A DNA stretch of 64,000 nt from an uncultured Nitrospira sp. (GCA_964556305.1 CAZKVY010000012.1:5224-69223); one strand, 5' to 3'. Shown: positions 18,843 through 29,238, counted from the stretch's first letter. A program made the numbers and translations. Notes: generated from the letters alone by a model not told the origin.

Positions 18843-19640
18843 GTGAGTCACCAGACGCTAGTGGAGCACTTCGAAATTTCTTTGCAGACCCCGATTGGCG
18901 AGGTCTCTACCGCCGTCGGAGTTCCAACGAGCTTCGTGCCGGTGACGGCAATCCTTCCCCTGATGCGCAGCCTCGGCGAAGAGGTCCAGACGCTGGAACT
19001 CGGCCATGTGCGTGACACCGGTCAGACCGTATCCTGTCACAAAGGCTGTGCGGCCTGTTGTCGCATGCTCGTGCCGATTTCAGCGCCCGAAGCCTTCGCC
19101 CTCGCACAAAGCATCGATCGCCTCGCCTCACCGGAACGCGAACGGCTCCTGTCCAAAATTGACGTCGCTCAACAGCATCTGGCCAGGGCCGGAATCCTCC
19201 AACAACTGTCCGCCTTGGCTGAGTCTCGAGACCCGCTCAGTGACGAAGCCATCGAGCCGTTGAACCGGGCGTATTATGCGCTTCGAATGCCCTGCCCCTT
19301 TCTGGACAATGAAGTGTGCAGCATCTACGACGAGCGACCGGCGGCCTGTCGGGAACTTGCCGTCACGTCGCCGGCCACGGACTGCCAGGACATGACGAAG
19401 CCAACAATCCGCCCAGTTCCAGTGGCGGTCCGTATGAGCACGGCGCTGAGCCTGCTCTGGGCGGACCTGACCGCCACCACAGCACGGTTGATCCCGCTCC
19501 CGTTGGCCGTAGATTGGGCCAAACGGCATCAGGCCGAGCAAGCGGGCCGATGGGCCGGCACAGAATTGTTCGAAAAAGCGATCGATAAGATCGGACGATA
19601 TCTTGGTCAGGAAAGGGCCCGACGCAGGAGCGGTGAATAG
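18843..19640 (+). CDS. YkgJ-family cysteine-cluster protein
   Basis: SCHKGCAACC and CPFL...CSIYDERPAACR. Confidence 0.88.
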   Translation: MSHQTLVEHFEISLQTPIGEVSTAVGVPTSFVPVTAILPLMRSLGEEVQTLELGHVRDTGQTVSCHKGCAACCRMLVPISAPEAFALAQSIDRLASPERERLLSKIDVAQQHLARAGILQQLSALAESRDPLSDEAIEPLNRAYYALRMPCPFLDNEVCSIYDERPAACRELAVTSPATDCQDMTKPTIRPVPVAVRMSTALSLLWADLTATTARLIPLPLAVDWAKRHQAEQAGRWAGTELFEKAIDKIGRYLGQERARRRSGE

Positions 19641-19730
19641 AGGATCGTTTTGCCTATTGAGCTTACGGGAGTGGTTCCGTACTCCACTCACCCCTCACGA
19701 ATCAAATGTGCGATTTTCTGGAGGAGATAA

Positions 19731-20351
19731 ATGCAGAATCCCGTCATTGTGTGTCTCGACCTTGAGGGTGTGTTGGTTCCTGAAATCTGGGTCAACTTCG
19801 CCATCAAGACCGGCATTGAAGAACTGAAGATCACCACACGCGAAATGCCAGATTATGACGCCTTGATGACGCGCCGGTTGAATATTCTTGATCAGCATGG
19901 ATACACCCTCGCCGATATTCAATCGGTGATCGACGCCATGGGCCCGATGGAAGGAGCAGCCGAATTCATCGCCTGGCTACGTGAACGAGCCCAGGTCATC
20001 ATCCTGTCCGATACATTTTATGAATTTGCCCTCCCGTTGATGCGGCAGCTGGGCTTTCCCACTATTTTTTGCAATCAATTGGAGATCGGACCCAACGGCC
20101 GCATTGTCAGCTACAAACTCCGGCAACCCAACCAGAAGAAACATGCGGTCGCCGCGCTGAAGAACCTGAATTTCCGCGTCATGGCCGCCGGGGATGCGTA
20201 CAACGATACCGCCATGCTGGGAGAGGCCCATGCCGGTTTCTTCTTCCGTCCGCCCGACCATCTCCCGAAAGAATTCCCGCAGTTTCCCGTGACCAGGACC
20301 TATGCTGAATTGCAGGAGCAGTTCCGCAAAGCGGGCGGACTGAGAGCCTAG
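19731..20351 (+). CDS. thrH: Phosphoserine phosphatase / homoserine phosphotransferase
   Basis: CLDLEGVLVPEIW, ITTRE.PDYD, ILSDTFYEF, AAGDAYND.AML..A.AG. Confidence 0.93.
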   Translation: MQNPVIVCLDLEGVLVPEIWVNFAIKTGIEELKITTREMPDYDALMTRRLNILDQHGYTLADIQSVIDAMGPMEGAAEFIAWLRERAQVIILSDTFYEFALPLMRQLGFPTIFCNQLEIGPNGRIVSYKLRQPNQKKHAVAALKNLNFRVMAAGDAYNDTAMLGEAHAGFFFRPPDHLPKEFPQFPVTRTYAELQEQFRKAGGLRA

Positions 20352-20404
20352 TCACAGCACCGGAGAAGGCAGGACCGGAGATCACGGAACGGAGGAATCT
20401 ACCG

Positions 20405-22261
20405 TCACTCTTCGTTCACGATTCCGAGCACCCGACGGCCGTACCGCTCCACCTTGATCTCCCCGATGCCGGGAATCTCCATCAGCGCGCTGAGCGTCAC
20501 GGGTTTATGCCCGGCGATCGTTCGAAGAGTTTTGTCGTGGAAAATCACGAAGGGCGCAACTCCCTCCTCCTCAGCCAACTCTTTACGCAATTGACGGAGC
20601 CGTTCAAACAGGTGCGGATCAACCGACGACGTGAGTGACTGGGGCAGGGGGTTATCCCGACTACTGACGGACAACTTTAGCGGCGACGCTGTCGAAGACT
20701 CGACCGCCTGACATACTTCCACGACGCTGATCCCTTTCAACACTTCCTGCCCGCGTCGAGTCAGGTCAAGCGTGGGATATTCCAGTCCCTCAACCTGCAG
20801 ATACCCGGAATCGATCAGGGCTTTCACAAGCCGGGTAAGCGCCGTCTTGCTCCAAGCCTGATACAGCCCGTACCCCGGACAATCTTCAGCCCCATAGGCC
20901 AGCAGCCCTTTCGATCGACTTCCACGAAGCATCTCCACGATTCGGGTTACCCCGAATCGCCCTCCGCACCAGGAGACTGCCGTGAGAACGGCCTTCGTGC
21001 ACCCTGCCTCATCGCTCGCGACGTCCCCGGGCAACTGCGACGGCATCTTGCAACGATCACACAACCCACAAGGGCCCAAGACCCGCTCCGCCTCATCGCT
21101 GAAATAATCCAGGATGGCAAGCTGGCGGCAGGTCGTCACCGACACATAATCTAGCAAGTCTTGAAGCAACGTCTTCATGCGTTCCACACGTGCCGAATTG
21201 CCGGATTCTTTGGAGGCCTGTTGAATGAAGTATTCCTGGGTGGCCACATCCCGCTCATGGAACAACAATAGGCAGGCGGCAGGCTGACCGTCACGTCCGG
21301 CTCGTCCGACTTCCTGGTAATACGCCTCCAGGCTTCCAGGAATATCGAAATGGACGACCAGGCGGACATCCGACTTATCGATCCCCATGCCGAACGCATT
21401 GGTGGCCGCCAATATCCGGATCGTCCCCACGCGAAACTCCTCATGAACCGACCGGCGCTCTTCATCCGACAGTCCGGCATGGTAGTACCCGACGGACGAA
21501 TTGGACCGACACAGGCAGGCCGCCACTTCCTCCACCGCGCGTCGTGTGGCGCAATAGATGAGGACCGTCCCCGTAGGATACTCGCGTACCACACGCTCCA
21601 ATTGGGTGAGTTTCTCCTGGCGTGAGCGGCAGAGACGAACGGAGAGGGCAAGGTTCGGCCGACGGAAACCCGTCACCAATCGCAACGGATCATGGAGCGA
21701 CAACCGCTCACAGAGGTCCCCCTGCACACGCGCAGTGGCGGTGGCTGTTAAGGCCAAACAGGGCGGATTCTCGAGTTCCCGGCGCAGGCGACCGATGTTC
21801 AGATAGTCCGGCCTGAAATCATGCCCCCACTGCGAAATGCAATGCGCCTCGTCCACGACCAGCAGAGACACCCATAACGATCGCAAAAGGCGAAGGAACC
21901 GTTCATGCTGCATCCGTTCAGGGGCAAGATAGAGTAATTGGAGCCGTCTCAATTTGAGGTTCAGCACGATTTTGTCCCGCTCCGGTTCAGAGAGGCCGGA
22001 GTGGAATGCCGCAGCGGCAATGTGGCGGGCTTTGAGACTATTCACCTGATCCTGCATCAGGGCGATCAACGGTGAAATGACGAGCGTGAGGCCGGGCAGA
22101 ATGGTAGCCGGCAACTGATAACAGAGTGATTTCCCCTGGCCGGTAGGCATCACAGCCATCGCATCGCGACGGGACAACACGGCATCAATCACCTCCCGTT
22201 GGCCGGGACGGAATGAGGAAAATCCGAATTGTTGGCTAAGCTGCTTACTCAGATCATCCAC
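20405..22261 (-). CDS. recQ: ATP-dependent DNA helicase RecQ
   Basis: MPTGQGKS, VDEAHCISQWGHDFRPDY, ATNAFGMGIDK, YYQEVGRAGRDG, Zn-Cys, RQC and HRDC domains. Confidence 0.95.
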   Translation of the reverse strand: MDDLSKQLSQQFGFSSFRPGQREVIDAVLSRRDAMAVMPTGQGKSLCYQLPATILPGLTLVISPLIALMQDQVNSLKARHIAAAAFHSGLSEPERDKIVLNLKLRRLQLLYLAPERMQHERFLRLLRSLWVSLLVVDEAHCISQWGHDFRPDYLNIGRLRRELENPPCLALTATATARVQGDLCERLSLHDPLRLVTGFRRPNLALSVRLCRSRQEKLTQLERVVREYPTGTVLIYCATRRAVEEVAACLCRSNSSVGYYHAGLSDEERRSVHEEFRVGTIRILAATNAFGMGIDKSDVRLVVHFDIPGSLEAYYQEVGRAGRDGQPAACLLLFHERDVATQEYFIQQASKESGNSARVERMKTLLQDLLDYVSVTTCRQLAILDYFSDEAERVLGPCGLCDRCKMPSQLPGDVASDEAGCTKAVLTAVSWCGGRFGVTRIVEMLRGSRSKGLLAYGAEDCPGYGLYQAWSKTALTRLVKALIDSGYLQVEGLEYPTLDLTRRGQEVLKGISVVEVCQAVESSTASPLKLSVSSRDNPLPQSLTSSVDPHLFERLRQLRKELAEEEGVAPFVIFHDKTLRTIAGHKPVTLSALMEIPGIGEIKVERYGRRVLGIVNEE

Positions 22262-22399
22262 GGGGAGAACTCAGGAACGGACCCAATGTGCACATTGCGG
22301 AAGAGCCGAGTATAAGATGGCCGGCGAACCACGAGCAAGCCGTAAGGCTCAAGAAAATCCCAGGCATTTCAGCATCTCTCAGCGCAGACCGACCCGCCG

Positions 22400-22437
22400 A
22401 AAAAGAAACCCCGCCGGGGATCACCCGGCGGGGTTTC
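22400..22437 (-). terminator. Intrinsic terminator after the porin / small-protein operon
   Basis: Perfect 14-bp stem gaaaccccgccggg / cccggcggggtttc followed by a U-tract on the minus strand. Confidence 0.85.
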
Positions 22438-22494
22438 AAGAATCGAGACAGATAGGGGATCTCCCCTCACACCTCGAAGATCGTCAAGATCTGG

Positions 22495-22923
22495 CTATGG
22501 CGCGGTGTAGCTACCGTACTTCGGCACCGTGTCGCAGCCTGGTCCCTGATCCTGGTTCCCCACACACAAATGACGGAGAGCGCCCTGTGCGGACAGCCGA
22601 GCTTCCTTGTGCAAGCGCGCTTTGCCGTAGTCTACAGCCATTTTCAATTGACGAAGGGCACCAGCGCTGGCACCGCCCGACTGGGCCTTGCTGAGCCCAT
22701 CCTGGAGTTTTGCCGTAGCACTGTCGGTGACGGATCGATCAGATCCCCACCGCTTCGTCACATCGACGGTTGTCCGCTTGCCCAGTCCCGGCGCATCGGT
22801 CAACTCGACAATGGCATCGTTCACCGCTTGAATCGCATCCGCGACCTGGGCCTGCGCGGTGACCGGCTGACCGCCGATCGCCAACGCCGCGACGCCCAGC
22901 GTTACGAACATGAGTTTCTTCAT
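22495..22923 (-). CDS. Small secreted helical protein
   Basis: Signal peptide ending AQA; amphipathic helices; C-terminal Cys pair; RBS AAGGAG. Confidence 0.8.
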   Translation of the reverse strand: MKKLMFVTLGVAALAIGGQPVTAQAQVADAIQAVNDAIVELTDAPGLGKRTTVDVTKRWGSDRSVTDSATAKLQDGLSKAQSGGASAGALRQLKMAVDYGKARLHKEARLSAQGALRHLCVGNQDQGPGCDTVPKYGSYTAP

Positions 22924-23034
22924 TGCGTGTCTCCTTTTCTTGTCATCGTCGGGGAAAGAAGAACCACCGTGGTCTGAATGACCATTCCAGCCTCCCTCTA
23001 TCCTGACGCATCACGTTTCACGCTTCACGCATGC

Positions 23035-24699
23035 TTAGAAGTTCATCCACAAGGACATGTACGCCCAGTGCTGATTTTGCGTCTGGTTCAAGGTGCTGGT
23101 CAAATAACCACCAGCGAAAATGGTGCCATATGCAGCCTGCAGGGCAACTTTCCCATCGGCAAACATCCGGGTGTAGGCCACGTCGATTTCGTCGCCGATG
23201 TGCGTCTTCGTGTTGTTGGCGTTCGAGAAGACGTAACAACCCTGAGCCCCTCGATACCAACAATCCTTCGAGTTGGCGAGATTCAGGTTCGTGTACCACA
23301 ATTCGATATGGTCACGCGCGGAAGGACGAGCCTGCAAGTTGACTGAAGGAGACAGCATGTTCTTCCACGCTTGCACGTCCATATACCCCATGTGGATATG
23401 GTTCGTCGGGAAGAAGTTTTCAAAAGTGTTCGCTGTCTTACAATTGGTCCCGTTGGTGCAGGTGTTGTTCCGGCTGTCGCCGGAGGCGTAATCGAGGTTG
23501 AACGCCAGGCGGGTCTTCCACGCCGTGTCGTAGAAGGTGTAACCGATCCAGTTTCTGGTCGCCCAGGCATTGATGTGCAAACATTTTTGTTCGCCTTGGC
23601 AAGCTCCAGCCTGCCCCATTTGGCCGAACTGCCAGGCAGTTTCGTTGCTGAAATCGAACCCGCCTTTGCGCACTTCAATCCGGTTTCCGATCATATGACG
23701 GGTCTGGTTGGAGTGCTTGGCCGTGCCAAGCCCTTGAGCCGCATTGTCAGCCGAACCATAGCGGTTCTGGTACAAGACATAGAACGGCTCGATGAGCATT
23801 CCAGGGACCATCTTGATCTGGTTGTAGAAAATGAACATGTCGGCATCGCGATTCGCATCCTGACCGCCGGTGCCAGCAATATTCGGAGCGCCGCTGCCGA
23901 CCGGGGAGGCCTGACCAAGATCGCTCTCTGAATTCCGGAACCAGCCGAAGTAGCTATCCCAATTCTTGGTCTGATAGGCGAGCATCACGCCATCATGTGA
24001 ATAGCCGGTGTTGGCCCAATCGAAGTGGCCGAAGAGCGAATGGTTACCAAAAATCACATACTGGCGACCGACCTTCAAACTCAGGCCCTGAATATCAGCC
24101 ACATTCCTGATCAGCATGTAGGCCGCACGGACACCCAACCGGCCTCCGTTGCCAGCGCCTCCCGCGGAGGCCCCGTTGTGGTTCAACGGATCGCCACCGT
24201 TACCCGCGTTCACAGCGCTACCATTGCTGCCCCAGTTCGCACTGTCGATGATTTCCACGTAGAAGTTCACATCCGGGGACAGGTCATACCCGATACCCAA
24301 GCGCATCCACTGCTGCACGAACATGTCATTGCCCTTGTTACCCCCACTCGGTGCCGCGCCCCTGGCGTTCGCGCCCCCAAAGGAGTTACAGGCTCCGGCA
24401 GCAAGCTGGGCCCCGCCGAAGCAGGCATTGTTCCGCATTTCCGGCCGCACGCGCAAATCGGCGCGCATCCAGAGGTTCTTGATGTCGAAGTTCCGGCCGA
24501 TAACCGGATCGTACAGCTCGTACGCTTCTTTCTGCGGCATGTTGCGAGGAATTGCGGGGAGATTGGTGATACGTTCGCCCGGGGGAAGTTCGAATCCGGC
24601 AAAGGCCGGGAGCGTCAGGCACTGCAGAGCTGAGATTGCCGCAGCGCCGAAGATGGCGGCCAACCGGCCCCATCTGGTCCGTCCATGGATGCTGTTCAT
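23035..24699 (-). CDS. Alginate-export (AlgE-like) family outer-membrane beta-barrel
   Basis: Signal peptide, R.RPE.R, KVGRQ....G...LFG..DW.N, F...FPTNH, amphipathic beta strands, C-terminal Phe; RBS AGGAGG. Confidence 0.85.
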   Translation of the reverse strand: MNSIHGRTRWGRLAAIFGAAAISALQCLTLPAFAGFELPPGERITNLPAIPRNMPQKEAYELYDPVIGRNFDIKNLWMRADLRVRPEMRNNACFGGAQLAAGACNSFGGANARGAAPSGGNKGNDMFVQQWMRLGIGYDLSPDVNFYVEIIDSANWGSNGSAVNAGNGGDPLNHNGASAGGAGNGGRLGVRAAYMLIRNVADIQGLSLKVGRQYVIFGNHSLFGHFDWANTGYSHDGVMLAYQTKNWDSYFGWFRNSESDLGQASPVGSGAPNIAGTGGQDANRDADMFIFYNQIKMVPGMLIEPFYVLYQNRYGSADNAAQGLGTAKHSNQTRHMIGNRIEVRKGGFDFSNETAWQFGQMGQAGACQGEQKCLHINAWATRNWIGYTFYDTAWKTRLAFNLDYASGDSRNNTCTNGTNCKTANTFENFFPTNHIHMGYMDVQAWKNMLSPSVNLQARPSARDHIELWYTNLNLANSKDCWYRGAQGCYVFSNANNTKTHIGDEIDVAYTRMFADGKVALQAAYGTIFAGGYLTSTLNQTQNQHWAYMSLWMNF

Positions 24700-24949
24700 A
24701 GCGTTCCTCCTGTGAATTGGATGGCAACCCTTTGTGTACCCATTCACTCCGGGTGCCGCCTATACATCCAACCGCTATTGCACTACAAAGCTAACTCGTG
24801 TGTGCGGGTCTAAGCCTGCCGAATCCGAATGGTGCCCACCATCCGGCGATGCCCCTGCTTCAATCCCGAAGCGAGCCCCTCACACCGTCAGTCTTGTATT
24901 GTTGCCGTGGTCACCTCCCTTCACAGCCGTAGAGCGAGATGAAATGGTA

Positions 24950-25249
24950 TTAGGCCTGCTTGGGCAAACCCGATTCCTCTGCCCCATGCTCTACGCCCGA
25001 TGTTGCGTGGTTAATTTGTTCTTCCGCTTCTTTCATCGACGATTCGAAATCCTGCTCCACCATCTTCATTTCCTGCTGGATCATGTTGAGTTCGGGCTCT
25101 ACCGTCTTCTTCAGGTCGTCGGCCGTCTCCTTGAATCCCTTGACGGCCTTGCCCACCTGACGCCCGATTTCGGGCAATTGCTTGGGCCCGAACAACAGGA
25201 ACGCGATGACCAGGATGATGAGAATTTCTCCAGCGCCAAGACCGAACAT
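24950..25249 (-). CDS. TatA/TatB-family translocase subunit (GPKQLP, TatB-like)
   Basis: MFGLGAGEILIILVIAFLLFGPKQLPEIGRQVGKAVKGFK. Confidence 0.85.
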   Translation of the reverse strand: MFGLGAGEILIILVIAFLLFGPKQLPEIGRQVGKAVKGFKETADDLKKTVEPELNMIQQEMKMVEQDFESSMKEAEEQINHATSGVEHGAEESGLPKQA

Positions 25250-25342
25250 GGTGTTCCTACTGAGGTGGTTGTGTGAAAGACCAGGCGGCGCGACTTCGAG
25301 GGAACATCGCCATCACGTGGTCTGCATCCTCAGTCTCGCAAG

Positions 25343-25627
25343 TTACCCCTGCGTAGTTCGTGGCGGTGGAGCCGCACCGGCCTGCTGCGCAGGCGGCGGT
25401 GTGGGCGACTGTCCCGTTTGCTGGATCTGTGCCGCCGGCTGAGGCGCAGCAGATTCTGCCTCGTTTGCCGTGACATCAATGGCATCCGCTTCGTGAACAG
25501 ATTTCTTGAACCCCTTGATTGCTTTACCTAATCCCTCACCGAGCTGGGGAATTTTCCCCGCTCCGAAGATGATCAGCACGATGATGAGAATCAGCAGCAG
25601 CTCCATCCAGCCGAACGAACCAAACAT
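25343..25627 (-). CDS. tatA: Twin-arginine translocase TatA
   Basis: [41 protein letters not shown]. Confidence 0.9.
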   Translation of the reverse strand: MFGSFGWMELLLILIIVLIIFGAGKIPQLGEGLGKAIKGFKKSVHEADAIDVTANEAESAAPQPAAQIQQTGQSPTPPPAQQAGAAPPPRTTQG

Positions 25628-25808
25628 GGTACTGTATGCTCCTTGTTACAGCTGTGCGATTATTCGCACGACTTATACCCACGGACCAGCGACTCTGCTG
25701 CCTCTCGTGAAGTACGTCGTCTGAGATGATCTTGCCTGCGAGCCCATTCCCTTCTGAATTTCGCGCCGCACGGGAGAAGGACGGGTCTTCTATCCGAAAT
25801 CGCGGGAA

Positions 25809-25837
25809 AGGCTATAGAAACGACTGGAATTAGTCAA
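25809..25837 (-). promoter_or_regulatory. Candidate sigma70 promoter for tatA
   Basis: TTGACT-N17-TAGCCT on the minus strand. Confidence 0.4.
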
Positions 25838-25896
25838 GCTCTTTCTCCTCGAAGCGGCCCTCTTACGGCTCTTTCTCCCGATGGCGAAACCAACGA

Positions 25897-27354
25897 CTAT
25901 GTCCGAAACGCAAAGTGATAGTATTCGACGGGACTCGGAGGTGCGCCGAGCGCCATCAACCAGGCCTCCCGCTCGTACCCGAGAAGTTCTAATTGACCCT
26001 GCGCCTGGCTCAACTCTTCTTCGGTGATATAGGCAATGGTATCGGGAATCCCATTGGGCTTCATCGAGAGAAGCGTACCTTGCGCGGCCTCCCGTTCTTC
26101 CGCGGGCATTTCACTCCGCAGCGGGAACTCGATCTTCCGTTGATACGGGCTCTCGTAGATGTCATTCAACGTGCGAATGGTTTTCAGCGTAAGCTGATCC
26201 AATTGCCATGGCTGAACCTTAGAACCCACCGTCGGATGGCAAGCGAGCAGATCCATCAGCGTCATTACATTCGTCCCGAGCCGACTTCCCACGAATTCCC
26301 GTTGGGTCTCAATGGTGGAAGTCGTAATTCCCAAATGTTTTGCAACGGCCTGAATGAGAGCCAGGTTCACCATGAAACTGTATTGGCCGCCGAATTGGCC
26401 ATAACAGGGCTTCTCGGGATCATTAAGTACCTGCATGTCCGCCGTTCCGGCATCGAAACTACTGAACCCCACGGCATCCGGCGCCAGCACCCGCTTCGCC
26501 TCCTTGATCGACGCGCAGGCGCCGAGATTCACCGGCACTAACACCTCATCATCAATCGCCTTCATAAATTCGGTCAGGGTCTTGCGATACGGAACGTCCT
26601 TCCAATCTACCTTGTGATATTCGCGTTCCCAAATCAGGTCGTCCAGGAACGGCGGGAACTGTTTCAATTTTTCAATATCTTTGGCGTCGAAGGCGCGAAC
26701 AAACCCCGACCAATCGGCAATCGCCGCCGCCTTGCGCTCATTGAGGTTTGGGCGAAGATGCTCTTCCTCATACTCCCCGCCCTTCTTCACCACGAGCTTG
26801 GTGGCCAGTTCATTCCACAGCTCATTACAGATGATCCGATCAACCGTGCCGTCGGCGATCGTCGCCAAGTCTTCGACATCGGCACACAAGGACTCGACCT
26901 TCGACAGGTGCGGAACCAAATCAGGATGCGCGCGCGCGCGGTCCAGCGCAGGGGCGTGGGAATCAACCAGCAAATATCGCACTCGGGGATAGACCTGACC
27001 GGCCTTGTCGAGGCGCTGCAGATGGGTGAGAAAGCAGGCCGCCAAATTGCCGTTGCCAGGTCCCCACTCCATGACGGTCAAGGACCGGGAGGGTGAATCA
27101 CCGGACACAGAAGCCTTCGTAGCGGCTTTCTTGTCGCGTTTGACCACCTGATCGAAATAATCGGCCGCCAACGCATGGGCCAATCGATAGTCGGCCGAGG
27201 CGAAGGTCTGATAGAAGCTGCGTTGCTGATCACCACGCAGTTGATAGAATAGAGTGTTGATATGAGCCTGCCAGTAATCGACGGGCTTGTATTCCCCGAT
27301 CGGTTGCGGTAGCGCGTCGGGATCCTCAACCTGTGTCATGAGGTGCTGTTCCAT
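25897..27354 (-). CDS. SAM-dependent methyltransferase, MidA/NDUFAF7-like
   Basis: VMEWGPGNGNLA (motif I), YLLVD, IICNELWNEL; start trimmed to MEQHLM. Confidence 0.65.
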   Translation of the reverse strand: MEQHLMTQVEDPDALPQPIGEYKPVDYWQAHINTLFYQLRGDQQRSFYQTFASADYRLAHALAADYFDQVVKRDKKAATKASVSGDSPSRSLTVMEWGPGNGNLAACFLTHLQRLDKAGQVYPRVRYLLVDSHAPALDRARAHPDLVPHLSKVESLCADVEDLATIADGTVDRIICNELWNELATKLVVKKGGEYEEEHLRPNLNERKAAAIADWSGFVRAFDAKDIEKLKQFPPFLDDLIWEREYHKVDWKDVPYRKTLTEFMKAIDDEVLVPVNLGACASIKEAKRVLAPDAVGFSSFDAGTADMQVLNDPEKPCYGQFGGQYSFMVNLALIQAVAKHLGITTSTIETQREFVGSRLGTNVMTLMDLLACHPTVGSKVQPWQLDQLTLKTIRTLNDIYESPYQRKIEFPLRSEMPAEEREAAQGTLLSMKPNGIPDTIAYITEEELSQAQGQLELLGYEREAWLMALGAPPSPVEYYHFAFRT

Positions 27355-27515
27355 TCTGTCCCCCCCGTAGAAAGAGGGAAAGTCTAACAGGAAGCAAAAT
27401 TCAGCCGCAACCTCTTCCGGAGGAAGCCACTCTTCCATCCAACCACTCTCCTTCTCCGCCGAATGCCCTGATGCCTTCCTTGACAGGCCTGCCGAGCGGA
27501 GTGTACCAAGACAGG

Positions 27516-28091
27516 ATGAGATCGGTGTGCGCACTTGTCTGTCCCATCGTTCTGCTCTCTAGCTCCCTCGTCTGGGCCGAAGACCTTCCTCTGACCCGCA
27601 ACATACCGATTCCGGATTTCCAAAACCGTACCGACAGCGCCAAACCGTACAATTTCGATGCGCCACCCGAAGGCATGTTTCGCCACATTGTGCTGGCCGA
27701 AGGGTTCGATGAAGAACTGGGATTCCAACGGACCCATGAAATTGTTCCCGTCAAACCGACCGAACGGTTCTCCGCCGGTGCCAGGCCGATCTTCATCGTA
27801 TTTGAACTGCACCAGCACTACCAATCGTTCCAGGTCTTCGGGCGCTGCTATCCGGAGGATGTGGCTGGAGTGGACGGAGAACGCGTGGTCGCTGAAGATG
27901 CGATGTACATCGCCCTGGAAGATCAAACCGGCTATCTGAAGTTATTCCCCACAGACAGCAGCTGGAAACCGGGACGGTATAAGGTGGAAATCCATGCCGG
28001 CGAACAGATCAACGACATGAGCCTGATGGGCACCATGCGCTTTACCATCACCGCCGCATCGGAATCGGAAGTCCCTGCCAGGAGTCAATAA
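27516..28091 (+). CDS. Secreted hypothetical protein
   Basis: Signal peptide ending VWA-ED; beta-rich mature part (WKPGRYKVEI). Confidence 0.7.
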   Translation: MRSVCALVCPIVLLSSSLVWAEDLPLTRNIPIPDFQNRTDSAKPYNFDAPPEGMFRHIVLAEGFDEELGFQRTHEIVPVKPTERFSAGARPIFIVFELHQHYQSFQVFGRCYPEDVAGVDGERVVAEDAMYIALEDQTGYLKLFPTDSSWKPGRYKVEIHAGEQINDMSLMGTMRFTITAASESEVPARSQ

Positions 28092-28461
28092 ACGAACAGG
28101 CCCGCGGCACACCGATTGACCGGCCTCCTCACAGCTGGGCTATACCGGGCTGGAAAGCTCTTCGGCACCACAATCCTGCTCGTGCTCGGCCACGATTTCA
28201 TCGCCCCCTGACCATCCTTCAAGCATTTCCCTCCGCCCTCCGACCATTGTCGCATCCACCTCGGCACCCTCTATATGCCGAGTAAGTATGTTATTCGCGC
28301 GCCGCTCTCCACAACCGGCCATCATACGAACGAGTGTTCCACTCGACCCACAAAGAAAGTGAGCATTCACCGATGCGGGTTTGACCATGCATCAATTCCT
28401 TTTGTAGAATGTGCCCCGTGCATACTGATAAACGGCTGCGTGAAGGAACTGATCCCGCTCC

Positions 28462-29238
28462 ATGACTGTGGCTACCCGCCCATGGGCTTCCGTTGTCATC
28501 CCTATCAAGGATGAACGCGACAATCTGGTCCCCCTGACAGAGCAACTGGTGAAGGTCTTGGACGGCCGAGAAGAGTCGCGATCGGCCCCGTTCGAGTTGA
28601 TCTTCATCGACGACGGCAGTTCGGACGGCAGTTCAGACGTGCTGGATCGTCTGGCCGCGCACTACCGCACGGTCAAGGTCTTTCACTTCGATCGAAACTA
28701 CGGGCAATCGGCGGCCTTCGACGCGGGGTTTAAGCAGTCGACAGGAGACCTGGTAATGACCATCGACGGCGACCTGCAAAACGACCCGGCCGATATTGCC
28801 ACACTGCTGCCGCATATCAAGACCTTCGATCTCGTCTGTGGCTGGCGCAAAGACCGTCACGACAACCTGACACGGAAAATTTCGTCTCGTATTGCCAACA
28901 GGGTCCGCAGCGCAGTCACGGGCGATCGTGTGCACGACACCGGCTGCTCACTCAAGTTGTTTCGCCGGGCGGTGGTGGAAAAAATGCAGCTCTTTGAGGG
29001 CATGCACCGATTTTTCCCTGCCCTTGCCCTGATGCACGGGTTCACCGTCACGGAAGTGCCGGTGCGTCATTATCCGCGCACCCGCGGAACCTCGAAATAC
29101 GGCGTGGGCAACCGTCTGTTCAAAGGCCTGTACGATCTAGTGGCCGTGCGATGGATGCAGCACCGGTGCCTGCGTTATCACTACCGTCTTTCCGCCACGT
29201 CCCCTTCCCGTTCGACCTCGGCTTCCGTACCGCTATGA
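28462..29238 (+). CDS. GT2 polyprenol-phosphate glycosyltransferase (ArnC/DPM-like)
   Basis: SVVIPIKDE, IDDGSSDGS, RNYGQSAA, DGDLQNDPADI, DTGCSLK, HRFFPAL. Confidence 0.9.
   Translation: MTVATRPWASVVIPIKDERDNLVPLTEQLVKVLDGREESRSAPFELIFIDDGSSDGSSDVLDRLAAHYRTVKVFHFDRNYGQSAAFDAGFKQSTGDLVMTIDGDLQNDPADIATLLPHIKTFDLVCGWRKDRHDNLTRKISSRIANRVRSAVTGDRVHDTGCSLKLFRRAVVEKMQLFEGMHRFFPALALMHGFTVTEVPVRHYPRTRGTSKYGVGNRLFKGLYDLVAVRWMQHRCLRYHYRLSATSPSRSTSASVPL

Noticed and set aside
28140-28388. 82-aa minus-strand ORF in the 370-bp gap before GT2
   Set aside because: Acidic and plausible, but no RBS or motif could be identified; left uncalled pending a homology search.
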